From: an uncultured Bacteroidales bacterium
GTDB taxonomy: Bacteria; Bacteroidota; Bacteroidia; Bacteroidales; FEN-979
Direction: 5' to 3'
Length of the DNA: 64,000 bases
NCBI GenBank assembly: GCA_903837605.1
Contig: CAILVF010000041.1
Coordinates: forward strand, 11,524 to 75,523
The notes beneath the pieces are model-generated. The model worked only from the letters and a program-made list of their open reading frames with translations. It was not told the origin of the DNA and searched no databases. Every line of letters starts with the position of its first letter. The first letter of the stretch is position 1. Of this stretch, positions 35,301-43,377 are shown one piece after another. The position numbers were made by a program, and so were the translations under genes.

Positions 35301-37752
35301 CGTCGGTATATGCGCTCACGGTAGTGAGGGCATTGCGGTTCTTGCGCTCCAGCTTCGTAGGCCCTGAGGCCTGGTATATGTTGGCGAACTGCTGCAGTTC
35401 AATGATCTTGTTCTTGCTGTTGATAAACGAAAGATGTGCGATGTCGTCAGGGTTGGTTCTGTCAAATTTATCAAGCGCCACGCGGATATCAAACTGGTTT
35501 GATCCGTCCCGGTATTTCGAGTCGTTATTCCCGGTGAGCGCTACCTGCAGGGCCGAACCCACATCGCTTACACTCAGCCCGAGGGCCGCCATCTTCTGAC
35601 GGTCGATCTCAACACGGGTTTCGGGGTTACCCCTGGTGGCAGAGAACCGAAGGTACGTAACGCCCGGAGTCAGTATAAGCGCTTTTGCGACCATGTCGGC
35701 CGACTTCATGATCGAGTCATAACTTATGCCGGTTATCTCTACCTGGACCGGAGCCGAGCTGGCTCCCCCGGTAAAGCCGATCTGGTTCACAAACACCTTC
35801 ACACCCGGGATCTTGTCGGTAAGTAATTTGACCTTTGAACCCAGTTCGGCTGTGGATAATGAACGCTTGTTTTTCGCACAGATTGAAACCACGATCTCAG
35901 TTTCGTTATCGGCACTTACCCCGTCGCTGCCTTTCCCCACATTGGTGAGGATGTTCGTTACTTCGGGCAGGGTTGAGATGATCTCTTCAATTTTCCGGCT
36001 CTGGCGGTTGTTGCTTTCAAGCGTGGTTCCCGGGGCGTATTCAAGGGCCACCGAGAACTGGCTGCGGTCGGTCTGTTTCATGAATTCAAACCCGGTCAGC
36101 CCGGCTGCGGGGATAATCAGGCTTATGATGAGGCCCGAGGCAACGACGAACAGCACCTTATAAGGATTTCCAAGGCTCCATCCGAGGATCATTGCGTACT
36201 TGCCGGTGAGCCATTTGAAGGCCCCTTCAAAGACCTTCCCGAAACGGTTCAGAAGGCTTTGGGAGTCTATGGATTCCAGTTTGGCAAAGCGGGATGCGAG
36301 GATGGGGGTGACTGTAAAAGAGACCAGAAGGCTGGTGAGGGTCGAAACGAGTATGATGATGGAGAATCCGCGGATGATATCGCCTATGAGCCCAGTGGTC
36401 AAGGCCAGGGGGACGAATACCACGATGTCGACAAAGGTGATGGAGATGGCTGCAAAACCGATCTCGTTGCGGCCCCTGATAGAGGCAGTGAGCTTGTCTT
36501 CACCCTTTTCGAGGTGATGGTAGATATTCTCAAGAACCACGATACTGTCGTCGACCAGGATACCAATTACCAGCGACAGAGCCAGCAAGGTGAACAGGTT
36601 GAGCGACATTCCGAAGATCCACATCACTACGAAGGCCGTGGTGAGAGAGCAGGGAATAGAAACCATGACGATGAGTGAAGTGCGCACCGAATGAAGGAAA
36701 AGGAACATCACGGCAGCCACCAGCAAAATAGCAAGCATAAGATCTTCCATCACGGCACGGGCAGCAGCCATAGTAAATATGCTCTGGTCGTCGGCTATGT
36801 CAAAATGAAGGCCCACTCCCTTATAATCGGCCTCAAGCACTTTTAATTCCTTTCGCAGCAGCTCGCATACCTTGACCATATTGGCATCGTTTTGCTTCTG
36901 GATCTCAAGCCCCAGTGAATTGATGCCGTTGAACCTGCTGATGAGGGTAGGGTCAACGGTTGCATCATGGATCTCGGCGATATCGCGAAGACGGATCTCG
37001 CCACCCTCTTTGGAATAGCCTACGACCAGGTTCTTCATTTCCTCAAGGGAAGTGAACTTGCCTGCAACACGAACCACGTACTGGTGAAGGGGATCTTTTA
37101 ATTTTCCTGTCGGGAAATCCAGATTGGCTGCATTGATGAAGTTGGCAACCTGGCTTATAGACAGGGAGTAGGACCTGACTTTCTGGGCATCGATGTTAAC
37201 CTTTATCTCCCTTTTCAGCCCGCCGTTAATACTGATATTTCCAACACCCTGCACCCTTGAAAGACGGGGTTTGATCTGGTCGTCGACCAGGGTGTAAAAC
37301 CTGGCAGGGGACAGGCTGGAAGTAAGTGAAAGCCTCAACACCGGGATCTGGCTCACCGAATAGGTCAGTAAAGAAGGGGTTTTAATCTCTTTAGGCAGGG
37401 TTGAGAGAATTTCATTCACCTTCCTTTGTACATCCTGAACAGCGACATTAATGGTTGCATTCCTGTAAAATTCTATGGCGATGAGTGAAAGTCCTTCGTA
37501 TGAAGTGGAGCTGATATTCTTCACTTTCTCGATCCCCGAAAGGGCATCTTCAATAGGACGGGTGACATTGTTTTCCACTTCGCCAGGTGAAGCTCCGGGG
37601 TATTGGGTTTTGACGGTGACATAAGGCTGATCTATCTTGGGCAGCAGCTCGTAACCAAGCTGGTAATACCCGAAAACCGCCAGCATTCCCAGGGCCAGAA
37701 AGATCACAATGATAAATGACGGGCGTTTTATCGCTAATTCGGTTATCGACAT
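32314..37752 (-). CDS. RND efflux permease fused in frame to a signal/TM segment, a periplasmic-binding-like domain and a TolC-family outer-membrane factor
   Basis: Uninterrupted 1812-aa ORF. Residues 1-1016 are a complete 12-TM RND pump (MSITELAIKRPSFIIVIF..., VLENI, ...VVVPIIYEKVARF). Residues 1017-1051 are MEKRDERKRSRHAALPAVVTILLGIFFSLAANSQA. Residues from about 1372 are OEP/TolC-like (LREIMALALDSNQALVAKKFEVKAGAKNIDIARSSLLPSLDAY...). Confidence 0.8.
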   Translation of the reverse strand: MSITELAIKRPSFIIVIFLALGMLAVFGYYQLGYELLPKIDQPYVTVKTQYPGASPGEVENNVTRPIEDALSGIEKVKNISSTSYEGLSLIAIEFYRNATINVAVQDVQRKVNEILSTLPKEIKTPSLLTYSVSQIPVLRLSLTSSLSPARFYTLVDDQIKPRLSRVQGVGNISINGGLKREIKVNIDAQKVRSYSLSISQVANFINAANLDFPTGKLKDPLHQYVVRVAGKFTSLEEMKNLVVGYSKEGGEIRLRDIAEIHDATVDPTLISRFNGINSLGLEIQKQNDANMVKVCELLRKELKVLEADYKGVGLHFDIADDQSIFTMAAARAVMEDLMLAILLVAAVMFLFLHSVRTSLIVMVSIPCSLTTAFVVMWIFGMSLNLFTLLALSLVIGILVDDSIVVLENIYHHLEKGEDKLTASIRGRNEIGFAAISITFVDIVVFVPLALTTGLIGDIIRGFSIIILVSTLTSLLVSFTVTPILASRFAKLESIDSQSLLNRFGKVFEGAFKWLTGKYAMILGWSLGNPYKVLFVVASGLIISLIIPAAGLTGFEFMKQTDRSQFSVALEYAPGTTLESNNRQSRKIEEIISTLPEVTNILTNVGKGSDGVSADNETEIVVSICAKNKRSLSTAELGSKVKLLTDKIPGVKVFVNQIGFTGGASSAPVQVEITGISYDSIMKSADMVAKALILTPGVTYLRFSATRGNPETRVEIDRQKMAALGLSVSDVGSALQVALTGNNDSKYRDGSNQFDIRVALDKFDRTNPDDIAHLSFINSKNKIIELQQFANIYQASGPTKLERKNRNALTTVSAYTDGSPAGSVVQAFSARLGTAKAGGTVIGFGGDQEEMMTSFLSLFAALVAAVIFVYFIMVILYDSFIYPFVVLFSIPVALIGAILALAFTHNTINVFSILGIIMMVGLVAKNAILIVDRTNEKRSEGESIFDALIDAGRMRIRPIFMTTFAMVFGMLPIATAAGAGAEWKNGLAWALIGGLTSSMFLTLVVVPIIYEKVARFMEKRDERKRSRHAALPAVVTILLGIFFSLAANSQAKAQKPLEFNMHAVHVAIVFDGPARSNSLYLSTMEKEIRSLMSGQVDIVFTEPAELTTGQWTMGSVKAVNDRLLADNKVDIIVSLGIIAAHDLCHRKNLSKPVIAAPVVNYQLQGIPYNHGSSGVNNLAYIQLKPAIENEFAEMKKIANFDDLSILVSKDYMDILNPEHRPFTNFDTINGVRINMILCDTSALEIIRALPKETNAVYVDALFKMPSGQFKMLVDSLTARKLPSFGFDQGDVEEGVLASLYPRLIDRLSKRIALDIQQVLLGENASSLPVELLSGRGLFLNLTTFAKLGLKILSWDILTEATIVDLLKQDTSVQFVQLREIMALALDSNQALVAKKFEVKAGAKNIDIARSSLLPSLDAYVVGALNDSKNYQAPQMVSATGSISQSVYSEPVWSNLRVTASNQQALVEDLNTRKLDIGNQTARAYLSILENRHNFMLLLNNLMISRSNLEISKMKKESGSVGENEVYRWQIEVAKAKKDVINAYSTMTQSVFTLLELIHVRYLVSYNLADVELETSGLLIADPEFYRILEDPIRLDKLSNFLVREGKDKSPVIHQYDFLIAAQQRAARSANISRFIPNTTASGSYTNRLYQTMPSDWPFPAPDDTWNIQARVELPLFTGLKNNATMQKARLTLAQRRSERQSQLDKLESVIRSNLTTLMSDYLGHQQWLLAETAGRKNLELVTNQYLLGKKSILDVLDAQQQFIVSSMSRNNSYYSLLKDYFDLQQSLGQFDYQLSDANRMDYLSRLKSFMKQ
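33669..34572 (-). other. Periplasmic-binding-protein-like (ABC_sub_bind-like) domain preceding the TolC-like part
   Basis: Alternating beta-alpha pattern: HVAIVFDGP, VDIIVSLGIIAAHDL, KPVIAAPVVN, SSGVNNLAYI, LSILVSKDY, NAVYVDALF. Assigned by resemblance only. Confidence 0.4.
34600..34704 (-). other. Internal in-frame ATG plus Sec-signal-peptide-like / 13th TM segment at the RND-OMF junction
   Basis: Codon 1017 is ATG (34704-34702). It is followed by a basic n-region KRDERKRSRH, a 19-residue hydrophobic core AALPAVVTILLGIFFSLAA, and an SQA|K small-residue -3/-1 site. Confidence 0.6.
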
Positions 37753-37767
37753 GGCAGCTGTTTTGTA

Positions 37768-38817
37768 TTATTTGACAATGATAACCTTCAGGTTGTTGGA
37801 AAGATTGTTCTGGCCGCTGGTCACTACCATCTCCCCTTCTTCAAGCCCGTTCAGCACTTCAAGCAGCTGTCCCGATTCACGCCCAATGGTTATATTCCTT
37901 AAGGAAGCTATATTTCCTTTGATTACGAAAACCTGGGCATTCTTAACACTCCCGATCAGGGCGTCGCGGGAAATTGCGATAGCGTCGCGGGAAGTGATGG
38001 AGGTGAAATTAATCCGCCCGAACATCCCTCCTTTCAATGGGAAAGCGGCGCTGTTCGGAAGATGGATCTCAACAGGATACGTATGGGCTTCGTCGGCTTT
38101 GGAAGCGATATTGTCGACATGGCCCAAAAACCGGTGGCCCGGGTAGACATCGGTTGTGATCTCCACGCTGTCACCGGGATGAAGCACAAAGGCGTCTTTT
38201 TCAGAGATGCTCACTTTCACCTTCATGGTGGAGATATCAACGATGTTCCCGATTGATGAATTCTGCTGGATATAGGAACCCTCGTTGACTTTTTTAGTGT
38301 TGATGGTGCCGTTGATCGGGGCTTTGACCTTGGTGTCGTCAAGGGCTCTTTTGGCCCTGGTCAGGTCATTCTCGGCCGCCTGCATATCGAGCCTGGAAAT
38401 GTCGAGTTGGGATGCCGAGATAGAGTTTTGCTCGTACAGGGTCTTGTTGCGGTCGAAATCGCGTTTTGCTTTGAAATAATTGATCTCCTGCCTGGCCAGA
38501 TCCGATTTTATAATGGCATCATCGATCTCAACAAGTACAGTGCCTTTTTTGACCTGGTCGCCTATCTTGAAATTCAATCGCGTTATCATCCCTTTTGCTT
38601 CGGATATGATTTCCACATCATTTTCGGGATCTATCAGCCCGACCATGCTTACCAGGTTGGTCAGCGACTTTTTTATTACCGTGTCGATAGTGACAGGAAC
38701 ATTGCTGAGCACCTCCTGCCTGCCTGAATTTTCTTTTTTATGACCCAGAAAAAAAAGCCCTGCGATGATCAGGATCACGACCACCGAAGCGATAATGGTA
38801 AAATAGAGTTTTTTCAT
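37768..38817 (-). CDS. RND efflux periplasmic adaptor (membrane fusion protein, HlyD/AcrA family)
   Basis: 349-aa ORF. N-terminal anchor helix, lipoyl/hairpin/beta-barrel blocks (GDQVKKGTVLVEIDD, coiled-coil QLDISRLDMQAAENDLTRAKRALDDTKVKAPINGTI). Located 15 nt upstream of the RND start. Confidence 0.9.
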   Translation of the reverse strand: MKKLYFTIIASVVVILIIAGLFFLGHKKENSGRQEVLSNVPVTIDTVIKKSLTNLVSMVGLIDPENDVEIISEAKGMITRLNFKIGDQVKKGTVLVEIDDAIIKSDLARQEINYFKAKRDFDRNKTLYEQNSISASQLDISRLDMQAAENDLTRAKRALDDTKVKAPINGTINTKKVNEGSYIQQNSSIGNIVDISTMKVKVSISEKDAFVLHPGDSVEITTDVYPGHRFLGHVDNIASKADEAHTYPVEIHLPNSAAFPLKGGMFGRINFTSITSRDAIAISRDALIGSVKNAQVFVIKGNIASLRNITIGRESGQLLEVLNGLEEGEMVVTSGQNNLSNNLKVIIVK

Positions 38818-38934
38818 GGTTCTGAAATTTTTCGCATCCGGTTGAATACCCTCAAATCTCCATTCCGGGAGTTGCTTTTTTTAAGTTTGATGAAAGATTT
38901 GCACAAAAGAAATTTATCATCGTTGTGCAACATT

Positions 38935-38942
38935 CAAAGATA
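38935..38942 (-). promoter_or_regulatory. -7 promoter box TATCTTTG for the efflux operon
   Basis: The reverse complement of CAAAGATA matches TAnnTTTG, about 118 nt upstream of the adaptor ATG, in the 240-nt gap after the response regulator. Confidence 0.45.
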
Positions 38943-39057
38943 TGAAAATCACTGTTGGATTTTGAACTGGAAATGAAATATCCTGATGGTGTGAAAAAAG
39001 AAATGCAAATGAAATGAACAACCCTGAAGGTTTTATTCTGTATCAGAGGGCAATAAT

Positions 39058-39759
39058 CTATTTTGCAGGAACATTAAAAATGAAACCGACTCCAAATACA
39101 TTCTCAATACTTAAATCCGGATCTTCCTTAAGGTATTTACGTATTTTAGTGATAAACACATCCAGGCTGCGGCCGAAAAAATAGTCGTTCTCACCCCACA
39201 GGTCTTTTAACAGTTCTTCACGTTTTATTACAGTATTCGGGTGTGCGGATAAATAGTTTAGTATATCACTTTCCTTTTCGGTGATTCGCCTTGCTTTACC
39301 AGCAATGGCCAGGGATTGATTATGAAAGTCAAATGTATATTCACCGATTTTAATAGTTCCGGTCCTCACTTCACTTATATTTTCTGGGATCCTGCGGATA
39401 ACAGCTTTAATTTTCCAGAGCAATTCCTCCTCATCAAATGGCTTGGTGATATAATCATCAGCACCCAAACCATATCCTTTTAATTTATATTCCCTTAAAG
39501 ACTTTGCCGTAATAAAAATGACGGGTATCTTTTTATCCTTTAACCTGATCTCTTTTGCAAGGGTAAACCCATCCATTTTCGGCATCATGACATCCAGCAA
39601 GCACAGATCAAAAGGATTGAACTGAAATGCTTTTAACGCCAACTCCCCGTCTTTACAAAGTTTCACATCAAACCCTTCGGCATCCAGGTAATCAACTAAA
39701 AGGACTCCTAAGTTGAGATCATCCTCCGCAAGTAATATTTTGAACCGTTTCTCAGGCAT
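39058..39759 (-). CDS. OmpR/PhoB-family response regulator (REC plus winged-helix)
   Basis: The start is set at MPEKRFKILLAEDD, 2 nt after the kinase stop. Phospho-acceptor context DLCLLDVMMPKMDG. C-terminal trans_reg_C-like LTEKESDILNYL...VFGVGFIF. Confidence 0.9.
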   Translation of the reverse strand: MPEKRFKILLAEDDLNLGVLLVDYLDAEGFDVKLCKDGELALKAFQFNPFDLCLLDVMMPKMDGFTLAKEIRLKDKKIPVIFITAKSLREYKLKGYGLGADDYITKPFDEEELLWKIKAVIRRIPENISEVRTGTIKIGEYTFDFHNQSLAIAGKARRITEKESDILNYLSAHPNTVIKREELLKDLWGENDYFFGRSLDVFITKIRKYLKEDPDLSIENVFGVGFIFNVPAK

Positions 39760-41005
39760 TGGGAAATGTAATAATGAATGATGTCCCTTTTCCTTTTTCG
39801 CTCTGAAGTTCAATTGTTCCTCCATGCAATTCAACAACCTTTTTTACGTAAGCCAAACCGAGACCAAATCCCTTCACATCATGTACGTCCCCGGTAGGGA
39901 CCCGGAAAAATTTATCGAACACTTTCTTTTGATATTCCTTTTCAATACCGATACCATCATCGGAAACAGCAACAACTAAATTGTAACCAATATTGGATGT
40001 TTGAATGCATAATTCAGGTTTTTCCCCGGAATATTTAACGGCGTTGTCAATCAGGTTGCAAAACGAATTTATCAGATGTGTACGGTCTCCAATTACCATA
40101 AACTGCCCGGCATCCAGGTTTAATTTTATGTTCCCATGTTTGTTTTCGATCTGCAAGCTGATACATTTTAATGCTGCATTGATCAACTCGTGAAAATCCA
40201 ATTCCGATTTGTGTAAAGGGATCTCGCCTCTTTCAAGTGCAGTCATGCTTAACACCTGCTCAACCTGAAGCCTTAACTTTTCATTCTCTTCAATAATTAT
40301 TCCCGAGTAATGTTTTATTTTATCTCCTTCCTTAATGGCAGAATCCTTTAGTATCATCTTTCCTGCCAGGGCAATGTTTGTTAAAGGTGTTTTAAATTCA
40401 TGGGTCATATTGTTTAAAAAGTCGGTGGTATGCTCCGAAATTTCTTTCTCCCTGATAAATGACAGAATTGTTCGCCAGAACATGATAAGCACGATAATTA
40501 TCAGGATGACTGAAGTGATGAAAAGTGTTCCCATCTCCGCGATAATGAATTGCTTTTTCTCAGGGAAAATAAGTTTCAATTCTACTTCTTTTTTACTGCC
40601 CACATCTTCCAAAGGTTTATTATAAATGAGGTTTGCAGAACGGCTTTCATTTAACGTTGTCAGGTATCCAGGTTTTGCGACTACAAAAGAATATTCAATA
40701 TGAATGTTGTAAAACTTCATATAATGAGTTAGCAAGGAATCAATCTTATGGACTTCATCCTTTCCCAATTTCACAGCTATTCCCGGGGTACTATCCATTT
40801 CGACGCAAGCTCCGATTTTTATACAGGTTTCTTTATCAGAACGGAGAGCGTCGGTTGTTCTTGAAAGAACCATATTGGCCTTTTCATTAAACAACTCTTC
40901 TTTTATTTTGGCTGTCTGTAAGATCCAATTCACCTGAATTATCAGCACCATTGCTAATGCGATGGATGAAATTGCGATAAGCAGCCAGGTTCGGTTTGGT
41001 TTCAT
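39752..41005 (-). CDS. Two-TM sensor histidine kinase (HisKA plus HATPase_c)
   Basis: The start is set at MKPNRTWLLIAISSIALAMVL. H-box THEFKTPLTNI, N-box LIDNAVKY, G-boxes DDGIGI and GFGLGLAYVKKVVELHGG. Confidence 0.85.
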   Translation of the reverse strand: MKPNRTWLLIAISSIALAMVLIIQVNWILQTAKIKEELFNEKANMVLSRTTDALRSDKETCIKIGACVEMDSTPGIAVKLGKDEVHKIDSLLTHYMKFYNIHIEYSFVVAKPGYLTTLNESRSANLIYNKPLEDVGSKKEVELKLIFPEKKQFIIAEMGTLFITSVILIIIVLIMFWRTILSFIREKEISEHTTDFLNNMTHEFKTPLTNIALAGKMILKDSAIKEGDKIKHYSGIIIEENEKLRLQVEQVLSMTALERGEIPLHKSELDFHELINAALKCISLQIENKHGNIKLNLDAGQFMVIGDRTHLINSFCNLIDNAVKYSGEKPELCIQTSNIGYNLVVAVSDDGIGIEKEYQKKVFDKFFRVPTGDVHDVKGFGLGLAYVKKVVELHGGTIELQSEKGKGTSFIITFPNA

Positions 41006-41109
41006 TTGATTCCACAAAATTAGCCATTTAAAATGGCTTTTAAGCACCAATAACAAGTCATTAACAACTCAATAACCAGTCAATAACAGGACTCCAGTTG
41101 ATTTAAAAC

Positions 41110-41117
41110 TACTTTTG
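41110..41117 (+). promoter_or_regulatory. -7 promoter box TACTTTTG
   Basis: Matches TAnnTTTG, 24 nt upstream of the ATG at 41142. Confidence 0.5.
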
Positions 41118-41141
41118 CCTTACAAACTTTAAATTTAAACC

Positions 41142-41744
41142 ATGAAAAATATACTTATCGCTATGTTCGTGCTTGGTCTCACGTTATCCTGTATCGTTGA
41201 CAATGGAGGGCAGCCTGCTGAAAACGGAAAGCTTTCCGGCCATGCATCATACAGGGACGCATACACATCGGCCAATTATGCAGATGCGGGATGTTTGATT
41301 TATGCAATCAGCGAAGCTGATTTCAGATCATCGGGATATGGCGACCTTAAAAATGTGATTGAAAGGTTCCAGGGATACAAATACGATTATCTGCTGTCAA
41401 TTTATAATTCAATAGATCCTTTCAGAAATAGCAAAATGCGTGACAATTTTGACACATTGTCGGATTTTACCTTCAAATTCATCAGAGGATTTAAAAAATT
41501 AACCGGTATCGTAAAAGCGGTAACAGACGGTACTGGAAATTATACTTTAAGTTTAAAGCCGGGCAAATATTACCTTCTGGTTATTTCAGGCAGTGTAAAA
41601 AGCGATAACCTTGCTGAATCCAAAGGCAATATCGGTTATAAAATCGTGGATGTAAACTCAGCCCAGGAGACAATTCAGAATATGATCTTTCAGAAGTATG
41701 ATATGACCGGGATCATGGTGGCCAGAAACCTTTCAGGATGTTAA
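41142..41744 (+). CDS. Hypothetical lipoprotein
   Basis: 200-aa ORF. Lipobox LGLTLSC. The segment TDGTGNYTLSLKPGKYYLLVIS suggests a carboxypeptidase-regulatory-like beta-sandwich. Confidence 0.6.
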   Translation: MKNILIAMFVLGLTLSCIVDNGGQPAENGKLSGHASYRDAYTSANYADAGCLIYAISEADFRSSGYGDLKNVIERFQGYKYDYLLSIYNSIDPFRNSKMRDNFDTLSDFTFKFIRGFKKLTGIVKAVTDGTGNYTLSLKPGKYYLLVISGSVKSDNLAESKGNIGYKIVDVNSAQETIQNMIFQKYDMTGIMVARNLSGC

Positions 41745-41911
41745 TCCCGGGAAACAGAAAATGATTTAATCCCGGCATGTTAATAATTTCCCCGGCCTGT
41801 CTTTCCTAAACGGGAAAAAACCTGCAAGGGATGAGCCTGTTTTTTTAGTATTTTTACTGGAATTAGAAGATGGTTCACATGAATTAATGGTGTAACTGAT
41901 CCGGTATAAAG

Positions 41912-43363
41912 ATGGTTTCTTTCCAAAATTGTGATCGGGATAATCTTCATAGAATAGCTTCTTCACTGAAATTAGTGATTCCACTCCTTGTGTGCTTTTT
42001 ATCAGCAACTCCTGTCTTCTCACAAAAGCATACAATCCATGGAATTGTAAAAGATGAGGTAACCCAATCTCCTGTCGCTGATGTGGATATAAAGATCAAC
42101 GGTACAAACAGGGGAGCCGTGACAGATAAAGACGGCAGGTTCACATTGATCCTTGACAAGGTTCCCTCATCGGTCACTCTTTCCTGTATCGGCTATGAGA
42201 TGGTTTATTATGATATAATCAAAACCTCTTCCAAATCCCTTGAACTGATCATGAGACCGAGGGTATATAGCCTCAAAGAAGTTGAGATTTCGGCCGAAAG
42301 ATTCAGATATGTATTCAGGGACATGAGTTATTCTGTTCTTGACTATGAAATTATGGATGACAACCTCCTGTTACTCGTTTTCAGGGGGAACCTGAAAAGA
42401 ACGGAGCTCATTCTTCTTACCCTGACAGGTGACACAATCTCAATTATACCCGTTCCTGAACAAAAACCCAGTAAACTGTATAAGGATTTCCTCGGCAATA
42501 TTCACTATGTGTCGACCAGGGGGAATGCCTATCAATGCTACTATAACGATACTCTGAAACAATTCGGGTTTGTTTGCAAAACAACGTATGATTCCTTGCT
42601 CAGGGCTGTCAAGCCATTTGTATTTATGGCGACCGACCGCTTTTATTTTCAGGAATTCACCCCTGACGGATTTGGCACAAATATTGGATTTTATGATAAG
42701 GAGCACAAAAAAAATTATGTCAGGTATATTTCAGGAGAAACTTCACGAAGAAAATATTTTGATGATGTAAAGTTTTACAACCTGTGGAATGATCAGCTTC
42801 AGAATTCAGCAGCACAACTTTCAGCTAAAGGAAATACAGAAAGAAAAAATCAAGCGGTAACAATTGATCCCCAAATGGAAAACCCGGCTCGTTACAGCGA
42901 GGATGATTTTCATGCGACAAAAAAGTTTTATGGCGGAAAGATAAATGCACCTATTGTGAAACTCGGTGAAAACAATATGGCGATCTTTAATTTTTCGGAG
43001 GATAAAATCGAGATGATGGACCAAAACGGCAAAGTTTATAAAACAGTGCCGATCAGTTTTCATAAAGACATTGACGATAACCCGCTTTCATCATTGTTTT
43101 CTGCCTTCATCCCGGTGGAATGGAAATGGAGGGGAAACATCATAGTAGATGAATATTTCAGATGCGCATATACCATTTTCCAGAAAAACTGGATAACCCA
43201 GTTAAAGAAAATTGATGTTGAAACAGGAAATCTGACCACCTCGTATGAACTCCCTTTTGCCTTTCCCGAAAAGATCAGGATCTACAAGGGGGTTGCTTAT
43301 TTTCTCCTGCTTGGTGTCGGGCAAAATGAAAACTGGAAGCTGGCGAGGTTCAAACTGTTATAA
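41912..43363 (+). CDS. CarboxypepD_reg-like domain protein, function unknown
   Basis: 483-aa ORF. After the signal sequence, IHGIVKDEVTQSPVADVDIKINGTNRGAVTDKDGRFTLILDKVPSSVTLSCIGYE matches the CarbopepD_reg_2 pattern. The remainder is unassigned. Confidence 0.65.
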   Translation: MVSFQNCDRDNLHRIASSLKLVIPLLVCFLSATPVFSQKHTIHGIVKDEVTQSPVADVDIKINGTNRGAVTDKDGRFTLILDKVPSSVTLSCIGYEMVYYDIIKTSSKSLELIMRPRVYSLKEVEISAERFRYVFRDMSYSVLDYEIMDDNLLLLVFRGNLKRTELILLTLTGDTISIIPVPEQKPSKLYKDFLGNIHYVSTRGNAYQCYYNDTLKQFGFVCKTTYDSLLRAVKPFVFMATDRFYFQEFTPDGFGTNIGFYDKEHKKNYVRYISGETSRRKYFDDVKFYNLWNDQLQNSAAQLSAKGNTERKNQAVTIDPQMENPARYSEDDFHATKKFYGGKINAPIVKLGENNMAIFNFSEDKIEMMDQNGKVYKTVPISFHKDIDDNPLSSLFSAFIPVEWKWRGNIIVDEYFRCAYTIFQKNWITQLKKIDVETGNLTTSYELPFAFPEKIRIYKGVAYFLLLGVGQNENWKLARFKLL

Positions 43364-43377
43364 CAGTCTCATATTTT

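Noticed and set aside
34558-36678. Several long plus-strand ORFs (34558..35088, 34727..35110, 35135..35599, 35726..36163, 36200..36517, 36259..36678) lying antisense to the RND gene
   Set aside because: They lie entirely inside a strongly supported minus-strand CDS, in a GC-richer stretch where stop codons are rare. Their translations are low-complexity (Ser/Pro/Arg-rich) with no motifs.
41015-41022. TAATTTTG (minus sense) upstream of the efflux-associated sensor kinase
   Set aside because: It matches the -7 consensus but sits only 9 nt from the chosen ATG (41005), leaving essentially no leader. Start-codon choice is uncertain (a TTG at 41056 is also open).
41742-41775. 10-nt direct repeat TTAATCCCGG (41742-41751 and 41766-41775) after the lipoprotein gene
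   Set aside because: It is short, has only two copies, and one copy overlaps the stop codon. No associated hairpin or mobile-element feature was seen.
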